Assembly: GCA_036834665.1 (NCBI GenBank)
Contig: DAITNL010000001.1
Coordinates: 984 to 64,983, forward strand
Direction: 5' to 3'
DNA from: Candidatus Competibacteraceae bacterium
Lineage (GTDB): Bacteria > Pseudomonadota > Gammaproteobacteria > Competibacterales > Competibacteraceae
Length of the DNA stretch: 64,000 nucleotides
Of this stretch, positions 9,848 to 18,768 are shown in pieces. The position numbers and the translations under genes were made by a program. The notes beneath the pieces were generated by a model that worked only from the letters and a program-made list of their open reading frames with translations, made no database searches and was not told the DNA's origin. Within the stretch, counting starts at the first letter, position 1. Every line of letters starts with the position of its first letter.

Positions 9848-11923
9848 TCAATCCTGCAGGCGCGAAAAGTCCGCTACCCGCAGGAACAGGCTGCTCAACT
9901 CATTGAGCAGGGCGATGCGGTTATCGCGCAGCGCCGCGTCCTCGGTCAGCACCAGCACCTGATCGAAAAAGGCATCGACCGGCTCGCGCAGGGCTGCCAG
10001 TCGGCCCAGCGCCTCATCGTACAGGCCGCGCTCCATCAACGGCAGCACTTCCGAAGACAGTTCCACCAGTCGCCCGGCCAGAGCCTGTTCAGCCTCTTCG
10101 ACCAGCAGGTCGGGGCGCACCTCGAAGGGCAGCACCGCATCCACCTTCTTGAGCAGGTTGCGGATGCGCTTGTTGGCTGCAGCCAGGCTGGCGGCTTCCG
10201 GACGGGCGCGGAAAATCTGCACGGCATCGATGCGCCGGTCGAAGTCCAGCGGCCGCACCGGCCGGCAGCCCAGTACGGCTTCGAAGGTATCGGGACGTAC
10301 ATCGCGATCCAGATAGTAGCCGCGCAGCCGTTCCATGATGAAATCGAACACGGTTGCGACCGCCTGCCTGGTGCGCAGTGCCGGATCGAAGGCTGCCGCG
10401 GCCTGTTCCAGCAGCTTTTCCAGATCCAGATCCAGTTGACCCTCGATCAGAATGCGCAGCACGCCAAGCGCCGCGCGGCGCAGCGCGAAGGGATCCTTAG
10501 CGCCCGATGGCGCTTGCCCGATGGCGAAGATGCCTACCAGGGTATCGATGCGATCAGCCAGGGCCAGGGTGCGGCCGGTGGCGCTGGCCGGCAGCCGGTC
10601 ACCGGCGAAGCGCGGCAGGTACTGTTCTTCCAGGGCCTGGGCGACTTCGGCGGTTTCATGATCGTGCAGGGCGTAGTAGCGGCCCATGATGCCCTGCAGC
10701 TCCGGGAATTCCTGCACCATCTGGCTCATCAGGTCGCACTTGGCCAGCCGCGCCGCGCGCTCGGCCCAGTCCGGATTGCCGTTACTGTGCGTGGCGATAA
10801 AGCGCGCCAGGGTCGCGACCCGCTCGCTCTTGGCTGCCAGGGTGCCGAGGCGCTGCTGGAACACCACGTGGTTCAGCGTCTCCATGCGTGCCGCCAGGGT
10901 CTGCTTGCGATCCTGGTTCCAGAAGAACTCGGCGTCGCTGAAGCGTGGCCGGATCACCCGCTCGTTGCCAGCACGTACCTGGGCCGGGTCACGGCTTTCC
11001 AGGTTGGTGATGGTGATGAAGTGCGCTAGCAGCCGGCCCTGGGCATCGACCACTGGGAAATAGCGCTGGTTATCCTGCATGGTGCTGATCAGCGCTTCGG
11101 CGGGCACGTTGAGAAAGCGGGTTTCAAAGGTGCCGGCCAGCGCCACCGGCCATTCCACCAGCGCCGTGACTTCGTCGAGCAGCGCCGGCTTGATCACGGC
11201 CCTGCCGCCAAGTTGGTTGGCGACCGCCTCGGCATGAGCGCGGATGGCGTCGCGGCGCTCGGCAAAATCGGCAATGACCCGGCCTTCGCGGGCCAGTTGC
11301 TGGGCATAGCCAGCCGGAGAGGCGATGCGAATCGGCTCTGGATGATGAAAGCGGTGACCACGACTGTCGCGACCGCTGTGCGCGCCGAGCAGGGTCGCCG
11401 GGATTACCTCGTCACCGAACAGGAGCACGACCCAGTGCACCGGTCGCACGAATTCATCATCGCGATCACCCCAGCGCATGCGCTTGGGAATCGGCAGACC
11501 TGCCAGGGCGGCTTCGACGATGGGTGGAATCAGCCCGGCGGTGGCTGCGCCCGGTTCGACGCTGACATGCACCAGCCAGGCGCCTTTGTCGGTTTCCTGA
11601 CGTTGTAAATTGGCCACGCTGACCCCGCAGGAGCGGGCGAAGCCTTCGGCGGCCTTGCTCGGCTGACCGTCCGCGCCAAAGGCTGCGCTGAGCGCCGGTC
11701 CGCGCCGCTCGATGCGCCGGTCGGGCTGGCGCAGGGGCAGGCCGCGCACCAGCACCGCCAGACGGCGTGGCGTGGCGAAGCGGGTCATTTCGCAGCCGTC
11801 CAGCCCGGCCTTGGTCAGGCCCTCGCCGATGCCCTGTTCGAAGGCCAGCGACAGGTCGAACAGGGCCTTGGGCGGCAGTTCCTCGGTGCCGATTTCGATC
11901 AGCAGATCACGGATCTCAGCCAT
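9848..11923 (-). CDS. glyS: glycine--tRNA ligase beta subunit
   Basis: ORF 9848..12079. The real start is the ATG at 11923 ([19 protein letters not shown]), which overlaps the glyQ stop by 8 nt. Confidence 0.95.
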   Translation of the reverse strand: MAEIRDLLIEIGTEELPPKALFDLSLAFEQGIGEGLTKAGLDGCEMTRFATPRRLAVLVRGLPLRQPDRRIERRGPALSAAFGADGQPSKAAEGFARSCGVSVANLQRQETDKGAWLVHVSVEPGAATAGLIPPIVEAALAGLPIPKRMRWGDRDDEFVRPVHWVVLLFGDEVIPATLLGAHSGRDSRGHRFHHPEPIRIASPAGYAQQLAREGRVIADFAERRDAIRAHAEAVANQLGGRAVIKPALLDEVTALVEWPVALAGTFETRFLNVPAEALISTMQDNQRYFPVVDAQGRLLAHFITITNLESRDPAQVRAGNERVIRPRFSDAEFFWNQDRKQTLAARMETLNHVVFQQRLGTLAAKSERVATLARFIATHSNGNPDWAERAARLAKCDLMSQMVQEFPELQGIMGRYYALHDHETAEVAQALEEQYLPRFAGDRLPASATGRTLALADRIDTLVGIFAIGQAPSGAKDPFALRRAALGVLRILIEGQLDLDLEKLLEQAAAAFDPALRTRQAVATVFDFIMERLRGYYLDRDVRPDTFEAVLGCRPVRPLDFDRRIDAVQIFRARPEAASLAAANKRIRNLLKKVDAVLPFEVRPDLLVEEAEQALAGRLVELSSEVLPLMERGLYDEALGRLAALREPVDAFFDQVLVLTEDAALRDNRIALLNELSSLFLRVADFSRLQD

Positions 11924-12842
11924 GGGCCACCTCCGCGCGTGCCTGTTGTTGACGGGCGCACATCGGGAAGCCGCGCGCGGCGCGGGCATCGTAGTAGGCC
12001 TGGGCGACCGCGCGGGCCAGGGCACGTACCCGCAGGATGAAGCGCTGCCGCTCAGTGACGGAAATCGCCTTGCGGGCATCGAGCAGATTAAAGGTGTGGG
12101 AGGCTTTCAGGGTCATTTCGTAAGCGGGCAGGGGCAGGCCCAGTTCGATCAGGCGCTTGCTTTCGGCCTCGCAGGTATCGAACCAGACAAACAGAGCGGT
12201 GGTGTCGGCGTGTTCAAAATTGTAGGTGGACATTTCCACTTCGTTCTGGTGGAACACATCGCCGTAGGTGACGCGGCCGAGCGGTCCATCGGTCCAGACC
12301 AGGTCGAAGACGCTTTCCACGCCCTGCAGGTACATGGCGATGCGTTCCAGACCATAGGTGATCTCGCCGGTGACCGGCTTGCAGTCCAGGCCGCCGACCT
12401 GCTGGAAATAGGTGAACTGGGTGATTTCCATGCCGTTCAGCCACACCTCCCAGCCCAGCCCCCAGGCGCCCAGGGTGGGCGATTCCCAGTTGTCCTCGAC
12501 GAAGCGAACGTCGTGAATCAGTGGATCCAGACCCAGTTCGCGCAGCGAGCCAAGATAGAGATCCTGGATATCCAGTGGCGATGGCTTGATAACGACCTGG
12601 TATTGATAGTAGTGCTGCAGACGGTTGGGATTTTCGCCGTAGCGTCCATCCGTGGGGCGGCGCGAGGGTTGTACATAGGCCGCGCTCCATGGCTCGGGAC
12701 CGATGGCGCGCAGGAAGGTGGCGGGATGAAAAGTGCCCGCCCCTACTTCCATGTCGTAGGGTTGCAGCAGCACGCAGCCCTGTCGGGCCCAGTAGGTTTG
12801 CAGGGCCAGAATCAGGCCCTGGAAAGTCGAGACATCGCGCAC
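11916..12842 (-). CDS. glyQ: glycine--tRNA ligase alpha subunit
   Basis: ORF 11916..13118. The conserved sequence starts at [26 protein letters not shown] at 12842 has GGAGG 7 nt upstream. The longer N-terminal extension would run through the parS sites. Confidence 0.93.
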   Translation of the reverse strand: MRDVSTFQGLILALQTYWARQGCVLLQPYDMEVGAGTFHPATFLRAIGPEPWSAAYVQPSRRPTDGRYGENPNRLQHYYQYQVVIKPSPLDIQDLYLGSLRELGLDPLIHDVRFVEDNWESPTLGAWGLGWEVWLNGMEITQFTYFQQVGGLDCKPVTGEITYGLERIAMYLQGVESVFDLVWTDGPLGRVTYGDVFHQNEVEMSTYNFEHADTTALFVWFDTCEAESKRLIELGLPLPAYEMTLKASHTFNLLDARKAISVTERQRFILRVRALARAVAQAYYDARAARGFPMCARQQQARAEVAHG

Positions 12843-12962
12843 AGGCGCCTCCAAAATCCGAAGGGGACGGCATGGGCCGCCCCCGGGTTTTTTCATCGTG
12901 ATTGGCCACCAAGTATAGCCCGGCGCTGGGGCGGGATTCATCCTGGGAAAGGTGCGGTGGCT

Positions 12963-12978
12963 GGTTTCACGTGGAACA
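12963..12978. other. parS site (upstream of glyQ)
   Basis: GGTTTCACGTGGAACA, identical to the copy at 13014. Confidence 0.75.
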
Positions 12979-13013
12979 GGGTTTATAGGTGGGTGCGAAT
13001 CAGCGCAGCAACG

Positions 13014-13029
13014 GGTTTCACGTGGAACA
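13014..13029. other. parS site (upstream of glyQ, 51 bp from the previous copy)
   Basis: GGTTTCACGTGGAACA. Confidence 0.75.
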
Positions 13030-13041
13030 TGGCCGGCATGT

Positions 13042-14070
13042 TCAGAGCCAGGTCGGGTCGGGCGCTGGCAGATCCTCGGCGCAAAAGCGCACCAGCAGGC
13101 TGATCCGCTGTTCGCCACAGGCGCTCAGGCGGATCAGGTTCAGCGTTGCGCCGGGCTCGGGCGAATCATCCGCCAGCTTGACGCCGAGCCGGTTCAGGCG
13201 CATCACCAGTGGTTCAAGCTGCAACAGCGTAGCCGACTGGCTCAGGACCTGTCGCACCTGTTCTAGATAGTCATCCAGCGAACCCAGGCGGCTGCGGGCA
13301 TCGGCCAGGTCCTGCTCGACCTGGCTCAGGCGCTGTGTCAGGCTGGCCTGGCGGCGTTCATCGGCATCGGTGCTGGTCAGCAGTGGCAGGCCACGTGCCT
13401 GACCCCGCAGGGCGTTCAGTTGGGCCTGCAACTGGCGCCGCTGTTCCTCAAGATCACCCCGGCAATCGCGCAGCTGGTTGATGCGCGCCAGAGCGCAGCC
13501 GGCCAGATAACTCAGCATGCGCTGTTTCAGTTCCTGGCGCAGCGCCCGTTCACTGGCGACGGGAAATAGCAGTTGATGCGCGGAAAAGCTGACCGTGACG
13601 CGCCGCACATCGCGCACCAGCATCTCGCCCTCCAGGCCGGTGCTGAAGCTTTCCTGTTCGCGCATCACCATCAACAGCAGGGCAAAGCATTCGCGGGCGC
13701 CGGTGGCGAAAAATTCCTGGAGCTGCGGGTTACTGCCGAGCAGGGCGCCCAGGTTATCGGCAGTGGCGAAGAAGGCATTCACCCGTGGGTCCTGCACCCA
13801 GGCGCGCCGGCTCAGGGTAAGGGCTGGCGGCAGTCGGCGCAGCAGGCGTTCGCCATAAGCCAGGCTGGCTTCGACGGGATCGGCGAGCCGGGCGGCATAA
13901 TCACCAATCAGGCGGATGCGTGGCTCACTGGCATCGACCACCCGCTCGATCTCATCATGCAGCAGGGCCAGCCGCTCCTGGCGCATGCGATGCTCGTTCA
14001 GTTGCTGCTGGGCGAACTGGGCAATACTGTCAAACACATTATGAAAAAAACCGGAACCGTTACTCATCAT
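13042..14070 (-). CDS. hypothetical protein with a central coiled-coil-like region
   Basis: 342-aa ORF with sensible composition. I recognise no family. It contains a Q/R/L-rich stretch ([24 protein letters not shown]...[20 protein letters not shown]). Confidence 0.6.
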   Translation of the reverse strand: MMSNGSGFFHNVFDSIAQFAQQQLNEHRMRQERLALLHDEIERVVDASEPRIRLIGDYAARLADPVEASLAYGERLLRRLPPALTLSRRAWVQDPRVNAFFATADNLGALLGSNPQLQEFFATGARECFALLLMVMREQESFSTGLEGEMLVRDVRRVTVSFSAHQLLFPVASERALRQELKQRMLSYLAGCALARINQLRDCRGDLEEQRRQLQAQLNALRGQARGLPLLTSTDADERRQASLTQRLSQVEQDLADARSRLGSLDDYLEQVRQVLSQSATLLQLEPLVMRLNRLGVKLADDSPEPGATLNLIRLSACGEQRISLLVRFCAEDLPAPDPTWL

Positions 14071-14243
14071 GGATCATGCTTACAAGTTGCGTCAAAGCCA
14101 GGCGGTAGCGTGGAAAAGATGCGCCCGGATTGTGCCCGTGCCGGAGTGTCAAGAGGGGCGGGGAATCCCGGTTCGCGTCAGCATTAGGATACGCCGCTGT
14201 CCGGCGACCGGCGTGGGGCGCATGGCCTTTTTTCGAGGGTTGC

Positions 14244-14843
14244 CTACAGTAGCCGCGCCAGTCGCCGATGCAGCGGGCTGGAACGGGGAAAGTGCGCGCG
14301 CAGAAAATCCATCTGATCAGCCAATACCTGCTTGCCCTGCAGGTAGACGTATTCGGCATGGTTGGGCGTGAAGGGAATGGCTAGCAGTTGCATGCCGGCC
14401 TGCTCCGGAGTTTGTCCGCCCTTGCGATGGTTGCAGGGCTTGCAGGCCGTGACCACATTGTTCCAGTGATCGGCACCGCCCTGCACCAGTGGCCGCACAT
14501 GATCGCGCGACAGCTCACGCACCGGGAAGCGGGCGCCGCAATACAGACAGGTGTTGCAGTCGCGGCAGAACAGCGAGGCGTTCGACAGCGGTGGCACATA
14601 GTCGTCGCGGGCACGCAGCCGGGCATAGGCACCGCCTTGGGTGGCGATGATCGAGTTGACCGTGATCATGCTGCGCTGGCCGCTGCGGGCATTGATCCCG
14701 CCATGAATCGTGTACAGCACGGTCCCGCAGGTATAGGCCACCTGCTCAGCGTGGTAGAGGCGTACCGCCTGCTGATAGTCGATCCATTCCAGCGGCATGC
14801 CGGTGACGTCCGTGTGCAGAACCTGCTGTTCCAGTCGGTACAT
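14244..14843 (-). CDS. HNH endonuclease family protein
   Basis: ORF 14244..14936. The likely start is the ATG at 14843 (MYRLEQQ...). Zn-finger CRDCNTCLYCG plus the HNH core SRDHVRPLVQGGADHWNNVVTACKPCNHRKG. Confidence 0.75.
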   Translation of the reverse strand: MYRLEQQVLHTDVTGMPLEWIDYQQAVRLYHAEQVAYTCGTVLYTIHGGINARSGQRSMITVNSIIATQGGAYARLRARDDYVPPLSNASLFCRDCNTCLYCGARFPVRELSRDHVRPLVQGGADHWNNVVTACKPCNHRKGGQTPEQAGMQLLAIPFTPNHAEYVYLQGKQVLADQMDFLRAHFPRSSPLHRRLARLL

Positions 14844-15259
14844 GCGAACACCTGTTGAAGTTGCGGTTACCGCGTGAACGCCGTGGCCACTCTGCTGTTT
14901 GGGCGGCGGCGCGTTGCTGGCGGATGACCGGTGCAATATTCACGCTGGCGGCGTGCGATCGCAGGCGGACGGGACGAAGACGGGCCTGAAAATACGCGGC
15001 GCCCTGACGCATCATCCAGTGCGCGTTATTTTGCAGAAAGCGGCTGTTATGATGGATTTAGGTCCCGATCGCGTTTGTGATGTTGAAAGTCTAGGCTACT
15101 ATTCTAAAAGTATCGCGTGCCGCCGCTCGCTGGTGGTGTGCGTTGCCCACTTTTAAGACCCCCGATCCATGCCCGGCAGGCTTCGTGCAAGCCTTTTTTC
15201 GTGCCAGATTCCGGGCGGGCGGAGGCCTGGAATGCAAAACAACTCGTGAGGACAACACT

Positions 15260-16387
15260 ATGCCAGTTCGTATGGCCGTCCCGAAGGAACTCGTTTCGGG
15301 CGAACGGCGGGTCGCGCTGGACCCGATGATGGCCGAGCGCTTCGCCAAGCTCGGCGTGGACATGCTGATCGAAAAGGGCGCCGGCGCCAGCGCCTTTTTC
15401 GCCGACGATGCGTATGCCAAGGGATGCCGACTGGTAGAGGATGCCCGGTCGCTGTATGCCGAGGCCGATGTCGTCTTCAAGGTGCAGCCGCCCACGCTCG
15501 ACGAGGTGGAACTGCTCAGGGACGGCACTGTGCTGCTGGGCATTCTGCAGCCGCATCGCAATCTGGATCTGGTCCGGCGCCTGCTCGATAAGAAGATCAC
15601 CAGCTTCGCCATGGAACTGATCCCGCGCATCTCGCGCGCCCAATCGATGGATGTGTTGTCTTCGCAGGCGGCGGTCGCCGGTTACAAGGTGGCGCTGCTG
15701 GCGGCCAACCTGAGCAGCGGCTTTTTCCCGATGCTGACCACCGCTGCGGGCACCATCCGCCCGTCCAAGGTGGTGATCGTCGGTGCCGGTGTGGCTGGTC
15801 TGCAGGCCATTGCCACCTGCCGCCGACTTGGTGCCATGGTGGAAGCCTATGACGTGCGCCCCGCAGCGCGGCAGGAAATCGAATCGCTCGGCGCCAAGAT
15901 GATCGATACCGGGGTCAGCGCTGCCGGCGAAGGCGGTTATGCCCGTGAACTGACGGCGGAAGAAAAGCAGCAGCAGGCCAACGTGCTGGCCCGGCATATC
16001 GCCGCCGCTAATGCGGTGATCACTACCGCTGCGATTCCGGGGCGGGCCGCACCCAAGATCGTGACCACGGCGATGGTCGAGGGCATGAAGCGGGGTGCGG
16101 TAATCGTTGATCTGGCCGCTGAATCCGGTGGCAACTGTGAGTTGACCCGCCCGGGCGAGACCTACGAACACAACGGCGTGATCATCGCCGGCCCGCTCAA
16201 CATTCCCAGCAGTTTCCCGGTTCCGGCCAGCGAGATGTACGCCAAGAACCTGTTCAATTTCCTGTCGCCGATGATCAAGGACGGCGCCCTGAACCTGGAC
16301 TGGAACGACGAGGTGATTGCCAAGAGCGCACTCACCCGCGAGGGGCAGGTGATCCACGAACCCACCCGCGCGCTGCTGGCCCAATAA
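15260..16387 (+). CDS. pntAA: NAD(P) transhydrogenase subunit alpha, part 1
   Basis: ORF 15143..16387. ATG at 15260 follows GAGGA (MPVRMAVPKELVSGERRVAL). Alanine-dehydrogenase/PNT fold with GAGVAGLQA. Confidence 0.9.
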   Translation: MPVRMAVPKELVSGERRVALDPMMAERFAKLGVDMLIEKGAGASAFFADDAYAKGCRLVEDARSLYAEADVVFKVQPPTLDEVELLRDGTVLLGILQPHRNLDLVRRLLDKKITSFAMELIPRISRAQSMDVLSSQAAVAGYKVALLAANLSSGFFPMLTTAAGTIRPSKVVIVGAGVAGLQAIATCRRLGAMVEAYDVRPAARQEIESLGAKMIDTGVSAAGEGGYARELTAEEKQQQANVLARHIAAANAVITTAAIPGRAAPKIVTTAMVEGMKRGAVIVDLAAESGGNCELTRPGETYEHNGVIIAGPLNIPSSFPVPASEMYAKNLFNFLSPMIKDGALNLDWNDEVIAKSALTREGQVIHEPTRALLAQ

Positions 16388-16402
16388 ATCCGGAGAAGCG
16401 TT

Positions 16403-16708
16403 ATGGAAGTCATGAAACAGGTCGTCGAGTTCTTCTCCCCCATCTATATCCTGATGCTGGCGGGCTTTCTCGGTTATGAAATCATCAGCCGGGTGCCGGT
16501 GATCCTGCACACGCCGCTGATGTCTGGCACCAACTTTGTCCACGGCATCGTGCTGGTCGGCGCGATGGTCGCGCTCGGTCAGGCCGTTACCCCGCTGGAA
16601 CAGGCCATCGGCTTCCTCGGCGTGCTGCTGGGGGCGGGCAACGCGGTCGGCGGGTACGTCGTCACCGAGCGGATGCTCGAAATGTTCAAGAGCAGCAAGG
16701 AGAAGTAG
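16403..16708 (+). CDS. pntAB: NAD(P) transhydrogenase subunit alpha, part 2 (membrane)
   Basis: 101-aa hydrophobic ORF between pntAA and pntB. Confidence 0.9.
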   Translation: MEVMKQVVEFFSPIYILMLAGFLGYEIISRVPVILHTPLMSGTNFVHGIVLVGAMVALGQAVTPLEQAIGFLGVLLGAGNAVGGYVVTERMLEMFKSSKEK

Positions 16709-16711
16709 GCC

Positions 16712-18136
16712 ATGATGGGCTACCTGATTGAAACGACGTACTTCCTGACCGCGGTTCTGTTTATCGTCGGTCTTAAGCGCATGTCGCACCCGACCAGCGC
16801 ACGCAGCGGCATCGTCTGGGCCGGGTATGGCATGGTGCTGGCGACGGTGGTGAGTTTTGCTCATCCGCAGATTATCGCGCACGCCGACAGCCCGAACGGC
16901 GTCACCAACTACATGCTGATGCTGATTGCGATCGCCTTGGGTGGCGTGATCGCCTGGTGGGGTGGCAAGAAGGTGCAGATGACCGCGATGCCGCAGATGA
17001 TCGCCATCTACAACGGCATGGGCGGCGGTGCGGCAGCGGCGATCGCGGCAGTGGAACTGCTCAAGAATCACGGCGAGCATCCGCTGCCCATCAGCGTCGC
17101 GCTGATGGCGGTGGCGGGCGCGATCATCGGCGCGGTGTCGTTCTCCGGCTCGGTGGTGGCGTTCGGCAAGTTGCAGGAACTGAAATTCTTCAAGGATGAC
17201 GCCAAGTTCCGCTTTCCCGGGCAGCAGAAGGTCAATCTAGCGATCTTCTCGGCCGCCGTGCTGCTGGGTCTGATCATCGCCGTGTTTGGTCATCCGCATG
17301 GCGGTCTGGTGCTGGTGTTCTTCCTCACGGCGCTGGCGTTTGGCTCGATGATGGCCCTGCCCATCGGCGGCGCCGACATGCCGGTGGTGATTTCGCTGTT
17401 CAATGCCTTCACCGGTCTGGCCGTGGCCCTGGAAGGCTTCGTGCTCGGCAATTCGGCGATGATCATCGCCGGCATCATCGTCGGCTCGTCCGGCACCATG
17501 CTGACCTTCATGATGGCTAAGGCGATGAACCGCTCGGTGTCCAACGTGCTGTTCAGCAACTGGGCGGCGCTCGGCAGTGGCGAGGCGCAGGCGGTCACCG
17601 GCAGCCTCAAGCCGATGGATCCCCCCGATGCGGCGATCCAGATGGCCTATGCCGCCAAGGTGATTATCGTTCCCGGTTACGGCATGGCGGTGGCGCAGGC
17701 GCAGCACAAGCTGTGGGAAATGTGCAAGCTGCTGATCGAACGCGGCGCGACGGTCAAGTTCGCCATTCACCCGGTGGCTGGGCGCATGCCCGGGCACATG
17801 AACGTGCTGCTGGCCGAGGCCGGCGTGCCCTACGACTACATCGCCGATCTGGAAGAGATCAACGAGGAGTTCGCAACGGCTGATGTGGCGCTGGTGATCG
17901 GGGCCAACGACGTGGTCAATCCGGCCGCGCGCAACGACAAGTCCAGCCCGATCTATGGCATGCCGATTCTGAATGTCGATCATGCCAAGAACGTGCAGGT
18001 GATCAAGCGCGGCAAGGGCGCGGGCTTCGCCGGGATCGAGAACGCGCTGTTCTTTGCCGATAACACCCGCATGGTGTATGGCGACGCGCAGAAAGTGGTC
18101 GCGGCGCTGATCCAGGGCATCAAGGATCTCGGCTAA
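16712..18136 (+). CDS. pntB: NAD(P) transhydrogenase subunit beta
   Basis: 474-aa ORF with an N-terminal polytopic membrane part and a C-terminal NADP(H) domain (VIIVPGYGMAVAQAQH...GANDVVNPAA). Confidence 0.95.
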   Translation: MMGYLIETTYFLTAVLFIVGLKRMSHPTSARSGIVWAGYGMVLATVVSFAHPQIIAHADSPNGVTNYMLMLIAIALGGVIAWWGGKKVQMTAMPQMIAIYNGMGGGAAAAIAAVELLKNHGEHPLPISVALMAVAGAIIGAVSFSGSVVAFGKLQELKFFKDDAKFRFPGQQKVNLAIFSAAVLLGLIIAVFGHPHGGLVLVFFLTALAFGSMMALPIGGADMPVVISLFNAFTGLAVALEGFVLGNSAMIIAGIIVGSSGTMLTFMMAKAMNRSVSNVLFSNWAALGSGEAQAVTGSLKPMDPPDAAIQMAYAAKVIIVPGYGMAVAQAQHKLWEMCKLLIERGATVKFAIHPVAGRMPGHMNVLLAEAGVPYDYIADLEEINEEFATADVALVIGANDVVNPAARNDKSSPIYGMPILNVDHAKNVQVIKRGKGAGFAGIENALFFADNTRMVYGDAQKVVAALIQGIKDLG

Positions 18137-18157
18137 GGCCACCCGCTGTATGGAATG

Positions 18158-18186
18158 GAAAAGGCGGCTTTCGGGCCGCCTTTTTC
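18158..18186 (+). terminator. intrinsic terminator after pntB
   Basis: AAGGCGGC (18161-18168), loop TTTCGG, GCCGCCTT, then a T-run (18181-18185). Confidence 0.6.
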
Positions 18187-18249
18187 GTGGCCGCGCCTGG
18201 CTGAGCCGGCCATCGAGTTGCGCTATCCTCTTTTTCTTGCTGATCCGCC

Positions 18250-18762
18250 ATGGAGAATTTGCCGATGCAACATATCACGCACTTCTTGAAATCACTCGGG
18301 CTCATGGGCGGTGTGCTGGCGGCCCTGCCGTTTGCTCACGCCCAGGAAATTGGCAGCGTCGATACTGCGTTCCAGTGGGTGGGGCCGAACCATAAGATCA
18401 TCATCGAGGCCTTCGACGATCCGAAGATCGACGGCGTGACCTGCTACGTCAGCCGCTCGCGTACCGGTGGCGTCAAGGGTGGTCTGGGGCTGGCCGAGGA
18501 TACCTCCGATGCCTCACTGGCCTGCCGGCAGACCGGGCCGATCAACATCAAGGAGAAGTTCAAGGACGGCGAGGAGGTATTCACCGAGCGTCGCTCGCTG
18601 GTGTTTAAGAAGATGCGGGTGGTGCGTTTCCTCGACCAGCCGCGCAACACCCTGGTGTATCTGGTGTATAGCGACAAGCTGATCGAAGGCTCGCCGAAGA
18701 ACTCGCTCTCGGCGGTGGCGATGATGCCCTGGGGCGATAAGCCGGCCAAGACGGCGCCGTAA
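18250..18762 (+). CDS. creA: CreA family protein
   Basis: A signal peptide followed by [60 protein letters not shown], close to E. coli CreA from memory. The start could be the second Met (18265). Confidence 0.85.
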   Translation: MENLPMQHITHFLKSLGLMGGVLAALPFAHAQEIGSVDTAFQWVGPNHKIIIEAFDDPKIDGVTCYVSRSRTGGVKGGLGLAEDTSDASLACRQTGPINIKEKFKDGEEVFTERRSLVFKKMRVVRFLDQPRNTLVYLVYSDKLIEGSPKNSLSAVAMMPWGDKPAKTAP

Positions 18763-18768
18763 ACGGCT

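Noticed and set aside
15104-17080. 658-aa minus-strand ORF overlapping pntAA/pntAB/pntB. The same applies to 33426..35930, 35933..37516, 9725..11029, 11712..13103, 17237..18142, 22522..23637, 27050..28099, 29627..30508 and 58431..60068.
   Set aside because: All lie antisense to genes with unambiguous conserved products. They have Arg/Gly/His/Gln-rich, low-information sequences. Long stop-free antisense frames are expected at this GC content.
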